In this document: positions 26,099-39,433 of the stretch, in pieces
Layout of the letters: every line of letters begins with the position of its first letter
Position numbering within the stretch: position 1 is the first letter of the stretch
NCBI GenBank assembly: GCA_002269645.1
Contig: NIVC01001821.1
Location: 1-61,508, forward strand
DNA length: 61,508 nt
From: Macrostomum lignano
Lineage: Eukaryota
Direction of reading: 5' to 3'
Made by a program: the position numbers and the translations under genes
The notes under the pieces: model-generated
The model's input: only the letters and a program-made list of their open reading frames with translations
What the model was told of the DNA's origin: nothing
The model's database searches: none

Positions 26099-26632
26099 TG
26101 TGACGATATCTGGTCCGAGTTCGCGTGCTGACGGGCTGCTATTAAAGTAGTGAGTAAACACACAGTTAGTGGTGACGATAACTGACGGCGCCGATAATTC
26201 GATTACGGATTATGTATATTTGCAGGTTACACATGTAGTGGTTATTGCTGATGCTAACTGGTAACGAACAATTGCAGTGTCAATGGAATGGCTTCGAAGA
26301 TGACCTTAGTGGGTAACACTACTAAATTGAGAGCGATCTTGAACTACTGTTTTTTTCAGTGTTTACTAAAATCAATCAGTGTTTACTAAAATCAAACTAA
26401 AATCAAATGACTGGCGATAGGAACAGCAGCCGCACACCACGCTCAGTCTTCTCCGAAGCCACAGAATTCAAAATGTTAAATATAACTATTTAATGCAGTA
26501 AAACAAAGCATTGCTTACTATTTTCAATAAACATAAAAGTGAAACCAATTGATATAAATAAAGTACATATTAAATACTTTTTAGTAGATATTAATCGACG
26601 AACTGGGAGAATAAAAAACCACCAACGTCACA
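26099..26632 (-). repeat. 5' LTR (534 bp)
   Basis: Direct repeat of 17928-18471. Confidence 0.96.
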
Positions 26633-26946
26633 CTGTACTCATTAAAACAATCAGTCAAACATGAACTCTTAAAAGAATATATTTTAATAAATTCATTTTG
26701 CTATAAAATTATTTTTGTTTTTAAAAACTTATTGGTATCTATTTCAAGAGCTTAAAATTCCTTACTGACCACGTGGCCTTGAGCAAGTACTAGCCTACTA
26801 GCCTACCGCTACAGCGCAGGCACAATTTTTTAACCGCAGCAATCTGACAATTAAGTCTACTCTACTAGCTTATTTTAGCTGCGATCCGTTTTTCGATAAT
26901 CATGTAGCCTAGGTTAATTCATAATTTTTACTACTTTCAATATACT

Positions 26947-27358
26947 NNNNNNNNNNNNNNNNNNNNNNNNNNNNNNNNNNNNNNNNNNNNNNNNNNNNNN
27001 NNNNNNNNNNNNNNNNNNNNNNNNNNNNNNNNNNNNNNNNNNNNNNNNNNNNNNNNNNNNNNNNNNNNNNNNNNNNNNNNNNNNNNNNNNNNNNNNNNNN
27101 NNNNNNNNNNNNNNNNNNNNNNNNNNNNNNNNNNNNNNNNNNNNNNNNNNNNNNNNNNNNNNNNNNNNNNNNNNNNNNNNNNNNNNNNNNNNNNNNNNNN
27201 NNNNNNNNNNNNNNNNNNNNNNNNNNNNNNNNNNNNNNNNNNNNNNNNNNNNNNNNNNNNNNNNNNNNNNNNNNNNNNNNNNNNNNNNNNNNNNNNNNNN
27301 NNNNNNNNNNNNNNNNNNNNNNNNNNNNNNNNNNNNNNNNNNNNNNNNNNNNNNNNNN
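26947..27358. other. Assembly gap (412 N)
   Basis: Run of n. Confidence 1.
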
Positions 27359-29287
27359 TCAAAATTTGAATTTTCTGCACAAGTGTGCAAATAGGACCTA
27401 ATGTGCAAGACCCAAAGACCCTAAATTTCTATGCAAATAGACTTTTTTGGATTGTTGACAATCTAACAGTAGCAAAATGTTCAATTTCCACTTCAAATAA
27501 TGATACATTGATATTTCACTTGTTAGTTATGGCTACTCTTTGTTTGCACTTAAAATTAAACACACTATTTTTATACTATTTTTTTTTATTTTTAAGCATT
27601 AAGCATTTGATTTATCATTTTATTCATTTAGCCTAGAAAAGAATTTTTTGGGATTTGAAAGTTTTGAAAGTTGTGACTAAGAAAAATTTATGACAAAAAA
27701 AATTAGACTGAATTTCTTCATTTGTTTCTTTCATTTTACTAACAATAATTAGCTTACATTTCTACCTGCACCATTTTTTTGCCTTGCGCAAAAAATGATT
27801 TTGTTGTAAATGGCAGTACTAATGAGTAGGTCTAAGTGAGTGTTGAGACTAAGACTGCAACTACAACTACAAAGCCTTAACTGAGATAGCTGCTCTGAGT
27901 AGATTGATATTTGATAGGTCTACAATATTACAAATTTATAATATAACATATAAGTATTAATTAGGCATATTAAGTTTCAATTGACATTATATATGTATAG
28001 GCTACTATATATGCCTAGGGCTATTATGGCCTATATAGGGTTAGGCCTAGCTAATAGGCCTAGCTAATTATATAAAGGCACAATAAAAGGTTGCATCTAA
28101 AAAGATATAGGAGTATGAAACCATATTTTTTAATGCCACCATATTCTTTTTAGTTTTTTAAGTAGCAATCCTACTAGGCTACTATTCCTAGTAGTACTAG
28201 GAAAGCAACATGTAGTTTAATATAAGATAATTGCAATACTAGAAAAAATATAATTTTTTATTTTAAAAATGCTGATAAATGAACAAGTGTCAATGAGTAG
28301 ATAAGATAAAAGATGTTAATATTTGATAAATAGAACATAGAGTGAATAAAATGTATTTTCAAAGTTTGAATTTTATATATACATAAACCAAAGGCAACAA
28401 GATAAAAATTGTTGAAATAAAATGTTTTTATCATTGATATTAATAACCTTAGAATTATTTTGGTGGCACTCTGCAAACTGGTAGACTAGTTAAAGCTATG
28501 ATCTAATGTAGATCCTTTTTACTTTGCCAAATGAACCTATGAAAAAGAGGCATTTTTGAAAATTAGACTTGCATCTTTGTTGGCATTGTTATCTATATTC
28601 AAATATAAAGTTAAAGAAATTGTGAAAATTATCTAGGCCTATTTGGATTTCTTTGAGTTTGCAATTGACCATAGGCCCTACATTAGATAAGACTTGTAAG
28701 TCATTAAAAGTCCTTTGATTTTCAGGTCTTTAAAATTGAAAGCCCTCATGTATTTTCAAAAAGAATAGAATATATTTAAATGAGTTAAAATTCTTTAAAA
28801 TACATTTTAAATTTTTGAAGTTTACATTATAAGTGAATTTATTCACTCACAAAAACTAATTAATTCATTTATTAATGTTCTTTGTCCACTCACTGATATC
28901 ATCAGTAAGTGGGCATTTTGTGCTTTTTTTAATAATATGATGCCTTTCACAAAAATAATTTCAATCAGGCTCCTATAGTAAAACATTTCATTTTAAAAGA
29001 AAGACTTCTATTTTTGGTACAAGAAAAAGGCCCTCCACACATATAAAGGACAAAGTTTAGACAAAGTACAAAACTTATAGTTTCACTATTTGTGTTTTTA
29101 TTAAAAGTATTAAATATTTATCAAGTAATGTGTAAAAAGATCTAGCCAAAACAGAACTTTGATTTTCCATAAGCACTGCATGTGAATGTATATTAGAACT
29201 ATAAATATCAAACAATCAGAAAAAGTGAGAATGTATTTTTTCATTTTTAACTACCCCCGTGCCTCACTGCCTCCTAATTCATGTCCA

Positions 29288-32200
29288 ATGTCTGAACTAC
29301 CAGCATCGCCAGAGTTATCAGGCTCTACAAAAAGAGGCTTGGAAATTGACTGGCACGCTTTCATCAGCGGTCAAGACGAAGTCGAAGCCAAATCTGAACC
29401 AGCCTCAAGAGATCCCTCGCCAGTTGCTGGCGACGCTGCCGCTGAAAACACCGTGGCTGCCACTGCACCTAGCCGAGGTCGCGGTAGGCCCCGTAAAACT
29501 GCCGGTACACTCGCCAAGCAGAAGGTTTTCAGTGCTGAAAAACGACTTCAAAAGCTGCTAGAATTCAAAGCCGAAGTTAATGAAAAGAAGACGACCCGCC
29601 TGCACCAGAGTATGAGCCTGCGGGTGCTGCAGGAGTCGGTGAAGTCTGGCCAGCGCTATGCGACTTACAAGCGAGGCACAAAGGCGGAGCGACTGAAGCG
29701 CCTGGAAGAGAAGCACATGGCAGCCCTGTGCGGCGTGGTTGTGTACAGCGCAGCGAAGCGGAGCGGCCAGGAGTGCGCGGAGGTCGTCAAGCCGGAGGAG
29801 GCCGAGGCGGCAGAGTCAGCAGCCGAAGATGCGGTAGCAGAGTCAGCAGGCAAGGAGGCAGTGGCTGTGAAGGCGGAACCAGCAGCGGCGGCCTCTGAAG
29901 CAGCGGACGAGACGGCACCAGCTGATGATGGCAGGCGGAGGTCGAAGAAGCCGCGCCGATTCATCGACGAAGAGGAGAGCGGCGGGGAGCGTCGAAAGCA
30001 GCCGCAGCAGCAGCAGCCGGTGATGGCGGAGGAGGCGTCACGGCAGCAAAAGAAGAAGGCGGGCAAACAGAAGCGCCGATCGAACAGCGAGGGAGCAGCC
30101 GGCAGTGGCTACGCCTCATCAGCAGAGAAAAAGCAGCGACGGCGAAAGCGGAAGAGCGACGCTCTGCCTGAGGCGGCGGCAGTGAAGGAAGAGCAGCTGG
30201 CGGGTGATGAGGCGGCAGGGAAGCTGGAGACTGCAGCGGTGGCAGAGCCGAAGCGAAAGGCAAAGATGAAGATTGCGGACTCGAGTGTTGAGGAGGCAGA
30301 GGGCGGATCGATTTACTGCAGCGTGTGCGGATGCGCAGCTCTGCTGATCTCGCTGCAGGGCAAGATTGACATCTGCAAGACCTGCTACACGGCCTTCACT
30401 GCCAGTCTTCGCTCAGCCAGTCAGCAGAGCGATTTGGAGTGCGACTGCGGAGGCTGTGCCAAGTGCAGGGCTGTTGCTGTGCTCAAATCGGGCATCGATC
30501 TGTCTGTCTACTCAGTTGCTAAGGGCTTTCCCAGCTGGGTGAGTCGCTACGGAGAGCGACCAAAGCCTCAGGCTGATTCTGCTGAATCAGGTGGCAAGAA
30601 GGCTGTAAAGATAAAGAGGCCATCAGTTGAAGCAGCTCAGCGAATGGGCTCTCTGTATGACTCGGTGAGTCGGGGCCAACTGCGGCAGTGCGTGCAGGCA
30701 GTGACTGGAGACACGGGATCCGTGGCAGTGGATGTGCCGCAAGAGATGTCGAACAGAGAAGAGGCTTGGCGTGATGGAGTAGCCGTATTCGGTCGGAAGG
30801 GATCTGTGCCCGATATAAGCCAGCCGCAGTGCTTATTGTGTGGTAGCGGTGGTGCAGAGCAGGATCTGATGCTGAGATGCAGCTGCTGTACTGAGCAGTT
30901 TCACCTGTACTGCCTGTCTGTATGCGAGCGGCCTCTGTGGTCCGGCCTGACACCTTGGCGATGCGCCCGTTGCCTTGTGTGCCGAGTGTGCAAGCGGTCT
31001 GGGACAGCGTGTCGCAGCTGCATCAAGTGCGGGGCTGCCTACCATCCAGACTGTCTTGAAGAGAGTCGAGGGTACAGCGTGAAGGACTGGCAGCTGTGCT
31101 GCGACTGTGCAGCCTGCAAGCACTGCGGCAAAGTATTCAGCGATGACTGGTCAGACTGGGACAACTTGTGCCAGCACTGCGAGAGCACCGAGGTGACTTG
31201 CCACGAGTGTCATCGGGTCACCTCTCTGATTGGCAATTCATTGGCGTGCTCCACCCCAGACTGCAAGAATGTGGTGCACGCCACCTGTGCTGGCATCAAT
31301 GACGAGCTGTACCACGTGTACCTGGTGAACGAGCAGCTGGACTTTTTCTGTCGGGACTGCGACTCTCGGGGCTTCCACGCTCTGAAGGCCGCCTGCGTGA
31401 AGGACCTCCGAGCCAGGATCCGCGCCCTGAGCGAGAGCCTCGGACTGCCGTCTCGGCCTCAGCAGCTGGACGGCGTCCTGGACGACATTGATGAGGCCAG
31501 GCATGAGGCTGCGGCTGAGAAGATCTTCTGCAGGATGCCTCCGTACCAGGAGTTCAGCTCGGGACACGACCTGGTCAAAGCCATCATCATTGAGCTCATC
31601 GAGGCCTGCAAGGTAAGCTGAGACGGGGGAACCATTCTTTGCTACTGCCAGACGCAGACCCTAGGCAGAAGCCTTCCTTTTCTGCTCCTAGTAGTAGATC
31701 CTCAGCAAACCATTGCACTTCCAAAAGCAAGGCAGTCTTCTTACCCCTAGCTGAGCGAATTGCTCTTCAGGTTCAGGGGCAGATTCAGAGTAATCAGAGC
31801 AACCTCCTCTCCATCTACAGATCCCCGACAAGCTACCGGACTGCGCACTGCTATCAACGGCCCTAGACAAAGGAGTCGCTGCTCTGTTCTCGTGGCTCCG
31901 CCTTGCTGATCTCCGCGCGGAGGTTCTGGATGCAGCGCCAAGATGCCCAGAGCCGGTGGACGCTGACGCGTTGAGCTGCTCGATGGTGAAGGAGTGCCGT
32001 GAGCTGTCAGTGAGGAAGCTGAAAGAGGCGACTGCAGTTGATGGAGCTGGCGAATGCGAGCTGTGCGGTCAGAGGAAGCAGGACTCGGTGCTGGGGCGGC
32101 TGCTGCCAAGCGCGCGGACCTCCTGGATTCACGCGGGCTGCGCGCTGTTCTCGCCGGAGATTCGAGTTGACGAGAGCGACTGCATTCAGGGAGTTCGGGC

Positions 32201-34929
32201 TGCTGTACGCAGAGCTCGGGGCAACAGGTGCTCAGAGTGCGGCAAGGTGGGAGCGAGCATCGATTGTCTGAGCCTGTCGTGTCCTCGGGTTTGTCACCTT
32301 GGCTGCGCCCTGACGTCTGGCTGGCAGTTCAGCGACCTCTGCGAGTGCCGCTGCAGCGACTGCGCCGACATTGCAGAGTTTGCAGGCTGCGACCTTCCGC
32401 CCAGCGACTTTGGCCGCCTGTTGTGCCAGCGGCTGGTGGTGGGTGCAGCGGACCAGAGCCTCTGCGAGGTGTCCCTGCCGCCTGATGAGGTGACCGTCAG
32501 GATTGGCGGCCTGTTGATCACCCGGCTTGGCTGCCTGCGTGCAGAGTCCGGCTCCATGGGCACCGTGCTGCTGCCTGTAGGCTTCAGGGCCCAGCGCCAG
32601 TTCTGGAGCATCCGGGAGGCTGGCAAGATCAGCATCTACGACTGGAGACTGCAGGCTGAGGCTGGCAAGGTGCGCTTTGTGCTGGCGTCTCGCGAAGAGT
32701 CCTTGCGACTGTGCGCCTCCCATCCAGTCACGGTGATGAGGCGGCTGTGCCAGATGGTGGGCGAGTGCTGGACAGCGCAGGTCAACGGGCGGAAGCCGCT
32801 GCTACTGGCAGGTGAGAGATTTGTCCTGCTGTAGCCTTGATCTGAACTTATTGAATGTTGGAAGCATTCCTATTCCAAATGGACTTGACAGTGTAGCCAG
32901 TTAGTCCTCCGTAACTAATAAACACAACTCATGCTCGATTCAAATCTAATGTATCACATCTCCAATTCAATGCATCCTAAATCCCAAATCCTGTAATATT
33001 CACATCTCTAATCCCCTACATTCCAAATCCTGTAATATTCACATCTCTAATCCCCTACATCCCAAATCCTGTAATATTCACATCTCTAATCCCCTACATC
33101 CCAAATCCTGTAATATTCACATCTCTAATCCCCTGCATCCCAAATCCTGTAATATTCACATCTCTAATCCCCTACATCCGAAATCCTGTAATATTCACAT
33201 TTCTGATCCCCTACATCCGAAATCCTGTAATATTCAAATCTCTAATCCCCTACACCTGTTGGAAAAGTGATGCACCTGTGTATATAGGCTTAAAAGGTGA
33301 GCGAGGTGCACAAAAGAGGCACTTTGGTGGCCTATTTCGTGCATGTTTTGGAAAGGCACATGAGTGCACCTTTTATGCCTAAGTATCACCAATATTTTTG
33401 AAAAGAGGCATGAAAGGTGTAAAATCGGTGAATTGGTCAGGCAGTAGGTGAATTCTCAATTTTGATTGGTTGCGGCGGTAGGGGCAGTAAAGGTGTGTAA
33501 GGGGCACTGGAGGTGCGCAAAAGGTGAACAGCAGGCTCACAAGTGAGGCACAGCAGGTGCACGGGAGGTGCAGAAGGGGCACAGAAAGTGCATGAAAGGT
33601 GAATTTGAGGTGGGCGTACATGATTCTAATTAAACTACTTTCAGTGTGCCTGAGTAAATAGGTGCGAATAGGTTTCGAATCTTTCCAAAGAATAGTGAGG
33701 AAAAGTAGCAAAGAAAAGTTGGAATGCCCCTTGCATTGCTTCTACACCTAAAGTGCCCACTGTGCACCTCCTTTTGTTCACCTTTTGTGCCTCCAATGCA
33801 CACTCTGCACCTTTAATACACCTAATTCCCCTATGACACCTGTGCCCCTACCGCATATTTCATGCCTTAAATTCACCTTTTGACCCTGCAGAGGCACTCA
33901 GGTGAACACGCGGTGCACAAGTGACACAAAATAGGCATAAGAGAGGCGAAAGTGAGGCAGAAGGTGCAAAACTCTTCACCTTTTATGCCTACTTTAGAAA
34001 ATCAAAATCCAACGGGACATCCCAAATCCTAAATCCTGTAATATTCACATCTCTAATCTCCTGCATTCCAAATCCCAAATCCTATACATTTAGATTCGCA
34101 ATGCAGTGCTTACTAAATGATATTTCCTCATTCCCTAGTATCTACCACCTAGTATTTCTCCCTCAATTTCACAGGCAACGGCTGGAGCTCAGTAGGAATT
34201 GTCCATCCCAGAGTTGTGTGGTGCGTGGAGCAGCTGGGATTCTGCCGCGGCTATTCTCCTAAGTATTTAATCCACCGCTGGGCGCAGCTGCGCAAGCAGG
34301 AGTCTTCGCCAAACGCCAGCGGCTGCGCCCGCTCAGAGCCGTTCAAGGCAGCCAGCAGGCCGGAGGCTGCAGCGGGCAACTCGCAGTTGAAGCGCACCTT
34401 CAGCTTCCTGCTGAGCTCAGCCCGCAGGCCCGTGACGACAGTTGAGCAGCAGTGCAGCGAGGAGGCTGCGGTGGTCACAGTGCGCAACCAGATTCGTGTG
34501 GCCCGCAGTGAGCATTGGCAGTGCAGAGTCCAGGTGCTACCATCCAGTATCCATGGCCTGGGCCTGTTCGCTGTGCGGCCGTTTGCGAAGGCCGAGTTCA
34601 TAGTTGAGTACACTGGAGAGCTCATCAGAGCCAGCCTGTCTGAGGCCAAGGAGAAATTCTACCAGAGCCGCAACATTGACTGCTACCTGTTCAAGGTGAA
34701 CTGGCAGTGGGTGATTGACGCCAGCATGAAGGGTGGCCCAGCGCGCTTCATCAACCACAGCTGCTCACCAAACTGCGTGACTCGAGTCATGGACCAGCGA
34801 ATTCTGATTGTTGCTGGGCGGGACATCGCGGCTGGAGAGGAGCTGACGTACGATTACCGGTTTGATAAGGAGGAGGACAAGGTGGCCTGTCACTGCGGGT
34901 CCGTGAGCTGCAGGAAGTTCCTCAACTGA
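29288..34929 (+). CDS. KMT2: Trithorax/MLL (KMT2) family histone H3K4 methyltransferase, compact (~1,356 aa)
   Basis: Exons 29288-31612, 31821-32811, 34175-34929 (phases consistent; start codon inferred). AT-hook RGRGRPRK, C4 zinc finger, three PHD fingers, extended PHD (WIHAGCALFS), FYRN/FYRC, Win motif GCARSE, SET (RFINHSC, EELTYDY), post-SET CHCGSVSCRKFLN*. Confidence 0.92.
32975..33254. repeat. 39-bp minisatellite (~7 copies; resumes at 34017-34080)
   Basis: Unit atcccaaatcctgtaatattcacatctctaatcccctac, in KMT2 intron 2. Confidence 0.93.
33255..34016. mobile_element. Non-autonomous TIR element (CMC/EnSpm-like?) inserted into the minisatellite
   Basis: Ends CCTGTTGGA...TCCAACGGG, flanked by a duplicated ACA (33252-33254 and 34017-34019); many internal aggtg/cacct motifs in both orientations. 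Confidence 0.6.
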
Positions 34930-35460
34930 TTGAGTAGCTTTTGAGCTGACTGGGTGTTTTGGTTGAGTAGGATTGAGTGACTCAGCTGAGTGAGTAGCTT
35001 TTGAGCTGACTGGGGTGTTTCGGTTGAGTAGGATTGAGTGACTCAGCTGAGTGAGTAGCTTTTGAGCTGACTGGGGTGTTTTGGTTGAGTAGGATGGAGT
35101 GACTCAGCTGAGTAAGTAGCTTTTGAGCTGACTGGGGTGTTTCGGTTGAGTAGGATTGAGTGACTCAGCTGAGTGAGTAGCTTTTCAGCTGACTGGGGTG
35201 TTTTGGTTGAGTAGGATTGAGCGACTCAGCTGAGTGAGTAGCTTTTGAGCTGACTGGGTGTTTTGGTTGAGTATGATTGAGCGACTCAGCTGAGTGAGTA
35301 ACTTTTGAGCTGACTGGGGTGTTTTGGTTGAGTAACTCAGCTGAGTGAGTAGCTTTTGAGCTGACTGGGGTGTTTCGTTTGAGTAGGATTGAGTGACTCA
35401 GCTGATTGAGTAGCTTCTGAGCTGACTGGGGTGTTTGGTTGAGCGACTCAGCTGATTGAG
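34930..35460. repeat. ~61-bp tandem repeat directly after the KMT2 stop codon
   Basis: gagtagcttttgagctgactggggtgttttggttgagtaggattgagtgactcagctgagt, about 9 degenerate copies. Confidence 0.93.
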
Positions 35461-36254
35461 TAGCCAGCGTTTTTGCAGCTGTTTTGTTTTTAGTACATCT
35501 GAAATTGTGCATAACTGCGACTTCAAATATTACCTTTGCACGTCTGCTTGATTTGTATTTGTGCTCTCGTGTAACCCTATAAACATTCTGTACAGTTTAG
35601 TGCAAGCTGAAGCTAGATTAGCAGCTTGAACTTGTACGCTAATCTTCATTATTATGCTAGTATTCCAAGTATTAAATTAATAAAAATAATCATGTTTGTT
35701 GTGCAATCGCTTATTACTTTCGGGGAATAGTATCTGTTGTATTTCTCAAATAAATTAATTTGTAGCTGGTGTATGTATAGTCTTATTCATCATGTTAATG
35801 TATGTCAACAATAGTCAAAAATAGTCACATGTCAAAAAATGTGAACTATTTTTATCAAGAAGACTACTTTGTGTAATTTTTGTTGCTTGTATATTTCAAT
35901 ATGTGCACGTGCTATCTCAGCGCTTGTCAATAGTAGCACGAATCGCAAATTTAATTTCAAATTTTTGTTAAAATACAATCAAATACATTTATTAGTCTTG
36001 CCCTGATTTCTGGTTGCAAGGCAATGTTTTTTACTTTATAATGGCAATAGATATTTTTAACAGGATTTGTTAAACTATTTTGTGTTATTTTACTGGGTGC
36101 AGTCTGTAAGCTGGATTCTACTGACTTATGAATGCTTCATAAACTCAAGAACGTGCTTTTTAAAAATAAGTCAGTTGTGGCTACCAATCTAGTGCCCCCC
36201 TCGGGGTGCCCAATAGGCAAGGGACAAATTATTTTAAATTAGGAAAACTATCCT

Positions 36255-36835
36255 ATTTGCCTTGACACCTAAGCAATTCCCCCAGTAAGCCTCGACATCT
36301 TAGCAATTCCCCAAGTAAGCCTTGACATCTTAGCGATTCCACAAGTAAGCCTTGACATCTTAGCGATTCCACAAGTAAGCCTTGACATCTTAGCGATTCC
36401 ACAAGTAAGCCTTGACATCTTACCGATTCCACAAGTAAGCCTTGACATCTTAGCGGTTCCCCAAGTAATCCTTGACATCTTACCGATTCCCCAAGTAATC
36501 CTTGACATCTTACCGATTCCACAAGTAAGCCTTGACATCTTAGCGATTCCCCAAGTAATCCTTGACATCTTAGCGATTCCCCAAGTAAGCCTTGACATCT
36601 TAGCGATTCCCCCAGTAAGCCTTGACATCTTAGCGATTCCACAAGTAAGCCTTGACATCTTAGCGATTCCCCAAGTAAGCCTTGACATCTTAGCGATTCC
36701 CCCAGTAAGCCTTGACATCTTAGCGATTCCCCCAGTAAGCCTTGACATCTTAGCGATTCCCCAAGTAAGCCTTGACATCTTAGCGATTCCCCCAGTAGGC
36801 CTTGACATCTACGCAATTCACCCAGTAAGCCTCGG
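36255..36835. repeat. 30-bp tandem repeat (~19 copies)
   Basis: Unit ccttgacatcttagcgattccccaagtaag. Confidence 0.96.
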
Positions 36836-37269
36836 CATGTTTATTACGAGCTACATTTTGCGGCAAAATATTCTGCTTTTGGCGGTTCCTGTCGAAGATA
36901 AGATGCGAGCCTAGTTTTTCACGAACGCCATAAATAAGCGTACGCACTTGAAAATATTGCTGTAGCTAATTTAACTCATTACGTAGTTATTATTGTCTTA
37001 GAAAATGCTAAATGAAAAGAAAAAAGAACAGTAAGGCGAAGCATTTTGTGTATTCGCAATAGCTGTAAAATTACACTCGTACAAGTGCAACTAAAACTGC
37101 ATAATTTAGAAATGCAAACCAAAAAGTTTATTCATCTCTAGATACTCTTCAATACTCCAATCTTATAGAATACGAGGCCAACTCCTCCGTTGGAGGAAAA
37201 AGGGAATAGAACTCCCATCGCCAGAATTCCATTCCTTGAAATCCATCAGCTGAATCCCATGACCGGAAT

Positions 37270-37520
37270 CCTATCTTCCAAATGGCCTCCGCGAAACAGA
37301 AATCCCCTCCGTGAAACAGAGTTTTATCAAAATCATATCCGTGAAACAGAGTTTTATCAAACTCCCATCCGTGAAACAGAACTTCATCATCTCTTCATGA
37401 AACTGAACTCTATCAAAATCCCCTCTGTTAAACGACATCTAACAATATCATCTCCGTCAACCAATACTAATAAATTGAAATTGAAATCACTGGTTAGGGT
37501 TATAAGGTTAGGGTTAGGGA
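37270..37520. repeat. Degenerate ~30-bp repeats followed by a short TTAGGG-like tract
   Basis: ccgtgaaacagagttttatcaaa x3-4, then gttagggttataaggttagggttaggg at ~37494-37519. Confidence 0.6.
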
Positions 37521-38036
37521 TACGCAGAGCAGCCTGTTAAAAGGCGCCGATAATAAAAAATTGAACCAATTGATGGCGTAATCGATTTCCGCCAGTCAGT
37601 ATCATTCTCAGTTAAAGTTACCAAAATGGTTGCGCAATCTAAATCAACTTAACCCTCCAATACACACCGACCCCCTTCCAATACACAGAGCCAGTTTAGA
37701 AGTTGAACCCCTTCCCAAATTTATCTATTACGTCTCGCAAAAATGAGTACAATCTTTGCAAAAAGTTAAAACTATGAAAAGTGTATTTTGAATGATGTGC
37801 TTTCTGTTTTCATATTTAAAGCAAACAACTTATATCACCGAACTCGGCGTAGAAAGCTGCAAATGAAGCTATGGACCAAAAGGTGAATGCTTGCTGCACC
37901 AAATTAAATGCCGCTGAACCAACTTTGCTACCATAGACAAAAACTCCATTTTGACAAATCTTACTTATTTTTGTTTCGCTTGATCTTCACTTTTAGCATT
38001 CTTCACTTTTCACACCATCGCTGAGGCAGTTCTGCC

Positions 38037-38483
38037 CATGGAGGAAAGAATAGAATGGAGTGCTAATCTGAGCCAGTTATTTTTTATCGATCTCGCTCGA
38101 TCTTCGCTTTTAACATCCCTTTCCCCCCGTTCCTTCCTATTGGCAGGATTCTCACATTGGATGGCTTTTTATCACTTTGCTTATCCTTTATAGTCTATGG
38201 CCCATAGACTAAGGCTGCACGCAGCCAGGCCCTTCGCAGTCAGCGTAGGCAGGATTCTCACTTTGGATGGCTTTATTCTCAGTTAGGCTGACAAAACCAA
38301 TACTATGCTGGGACAGACCTTTCAGAGGGGAACGAAAACGAAAACGAGACGAAAAATACTTTGTCTATGGCAGTCACGAGCCAATAGGAAAGAACGGGGG
38401 GGGAAGGGATGTTAAAAGTGAAGATCGAGCGAGATAAAAATAACTGGCTCAGATTAGCACTCCATTCTATTCTTTCCTCCATG
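38037..38483. mobile_element. MITE with ~110-bp TIRs and 8-bp TSD (hAT-like)
   Basis: catggaggaaagaatagaatggagtgc... inverted at ...ctattctttcctccatg; TSD gttctgcc at 38029-38036 and 38484-38491. Confidence 0.88.
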
Positions 38484-39433
38484 GTTCTGCCCATTCCGCT
38501 GACTCCTGGGACCGATTTCATGAGCAACTGGTAAATTACCAGTTAGCAGCAGCTAAAATAACCGCGGATATTCAGCAGTCTGCTAAAATCTGGTTTCATG
38601 AAGGAACTGGTAAATATCTGCTGGTAAATATCATTACTGCTATTCTCCCAAGCATAGAATTCGTGCCATAGACATGCGTTCTGCAGCAGAAGAAGCTGAG
38701 TTGGAGAAAGAGAAAGAGAAGGAGCGGGTAGTATATAAGGCTCTAGTCTCGCTAGCTTAGAAGTCAAAACTGAAATTTTAAAAGTGCACAACCATGTCCA
38801 CGCCGGAACAAAAGCTCCTCTTTCTGTATCTCATGCGAGACAAAAAGGCCGTTTTGTTCGGTAGTTTTGCGGATCGAGTACCTACAAACGCATCATCCAA
38901 TACCGTGCGACCTTGAATGTTGCAACTGCATGTTTTGTCCACTAATTTCGCACCAGATAGCCCCTCCCAAGTTGAAAATCTGTATCATCTCTCGCTCGCT
39001 TACTAAAAAAAGTTTATTCGAAACCAGTCTGCGGGCTATGACGATTTAAAACTGAAGTCGAGTTTGAACTGCATTGAGCTGAGATAGAATCCTACTGTGG
39101 TGATAAGACGGACGTGCGTGATTATACCTTGATAAAAAATGTCGTCGCATTTGCATAAATTACCAACTGAAATGTAACTGCAAAATCTACAATACGTCTT
39201 GTCGGGAAAGAAAATGAGGGGGGGGGGTAGCACTTTAAAAATCTTTTGCAAGGTCTACCTGGCTAGGTCTCCTCACTTATCAAGCGCTGCACCCTTGCAT
39301 GAATACTGCGTGCAATAATATAATTTGGTCTTTATTATTCAACTCATCTTCTATATAAATTGGTCTACTATAAGCACTTTGCTAAAGAAACTATAGCTTC
39401 TCCTACGTGCAGCAGGCAAAGTATTCATAGAAA

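Larger units (their letters stand above)
17928..26632 (-). mobile_element. Full-length Ty3/gypsy LTR retrotransposon
   Basis: Near-identical LTRs with tgtgacg...cgtcaca ends; 4-bp TSD CTGT (17924-17927 and 26633-26636); PBS and PPT present; domain order gag-PR-RT-RH-IN. Confidence 0.97.

Noticed and set aside
26914-27408. ORFs spanning poly-X
   Set aside because: Artefact of the N gap.
37494-37519. Telomere or chromosome-fusion site
   Set aside because: Only about 3 imperfect TTAGGG units within a repeat-like segment; too short.
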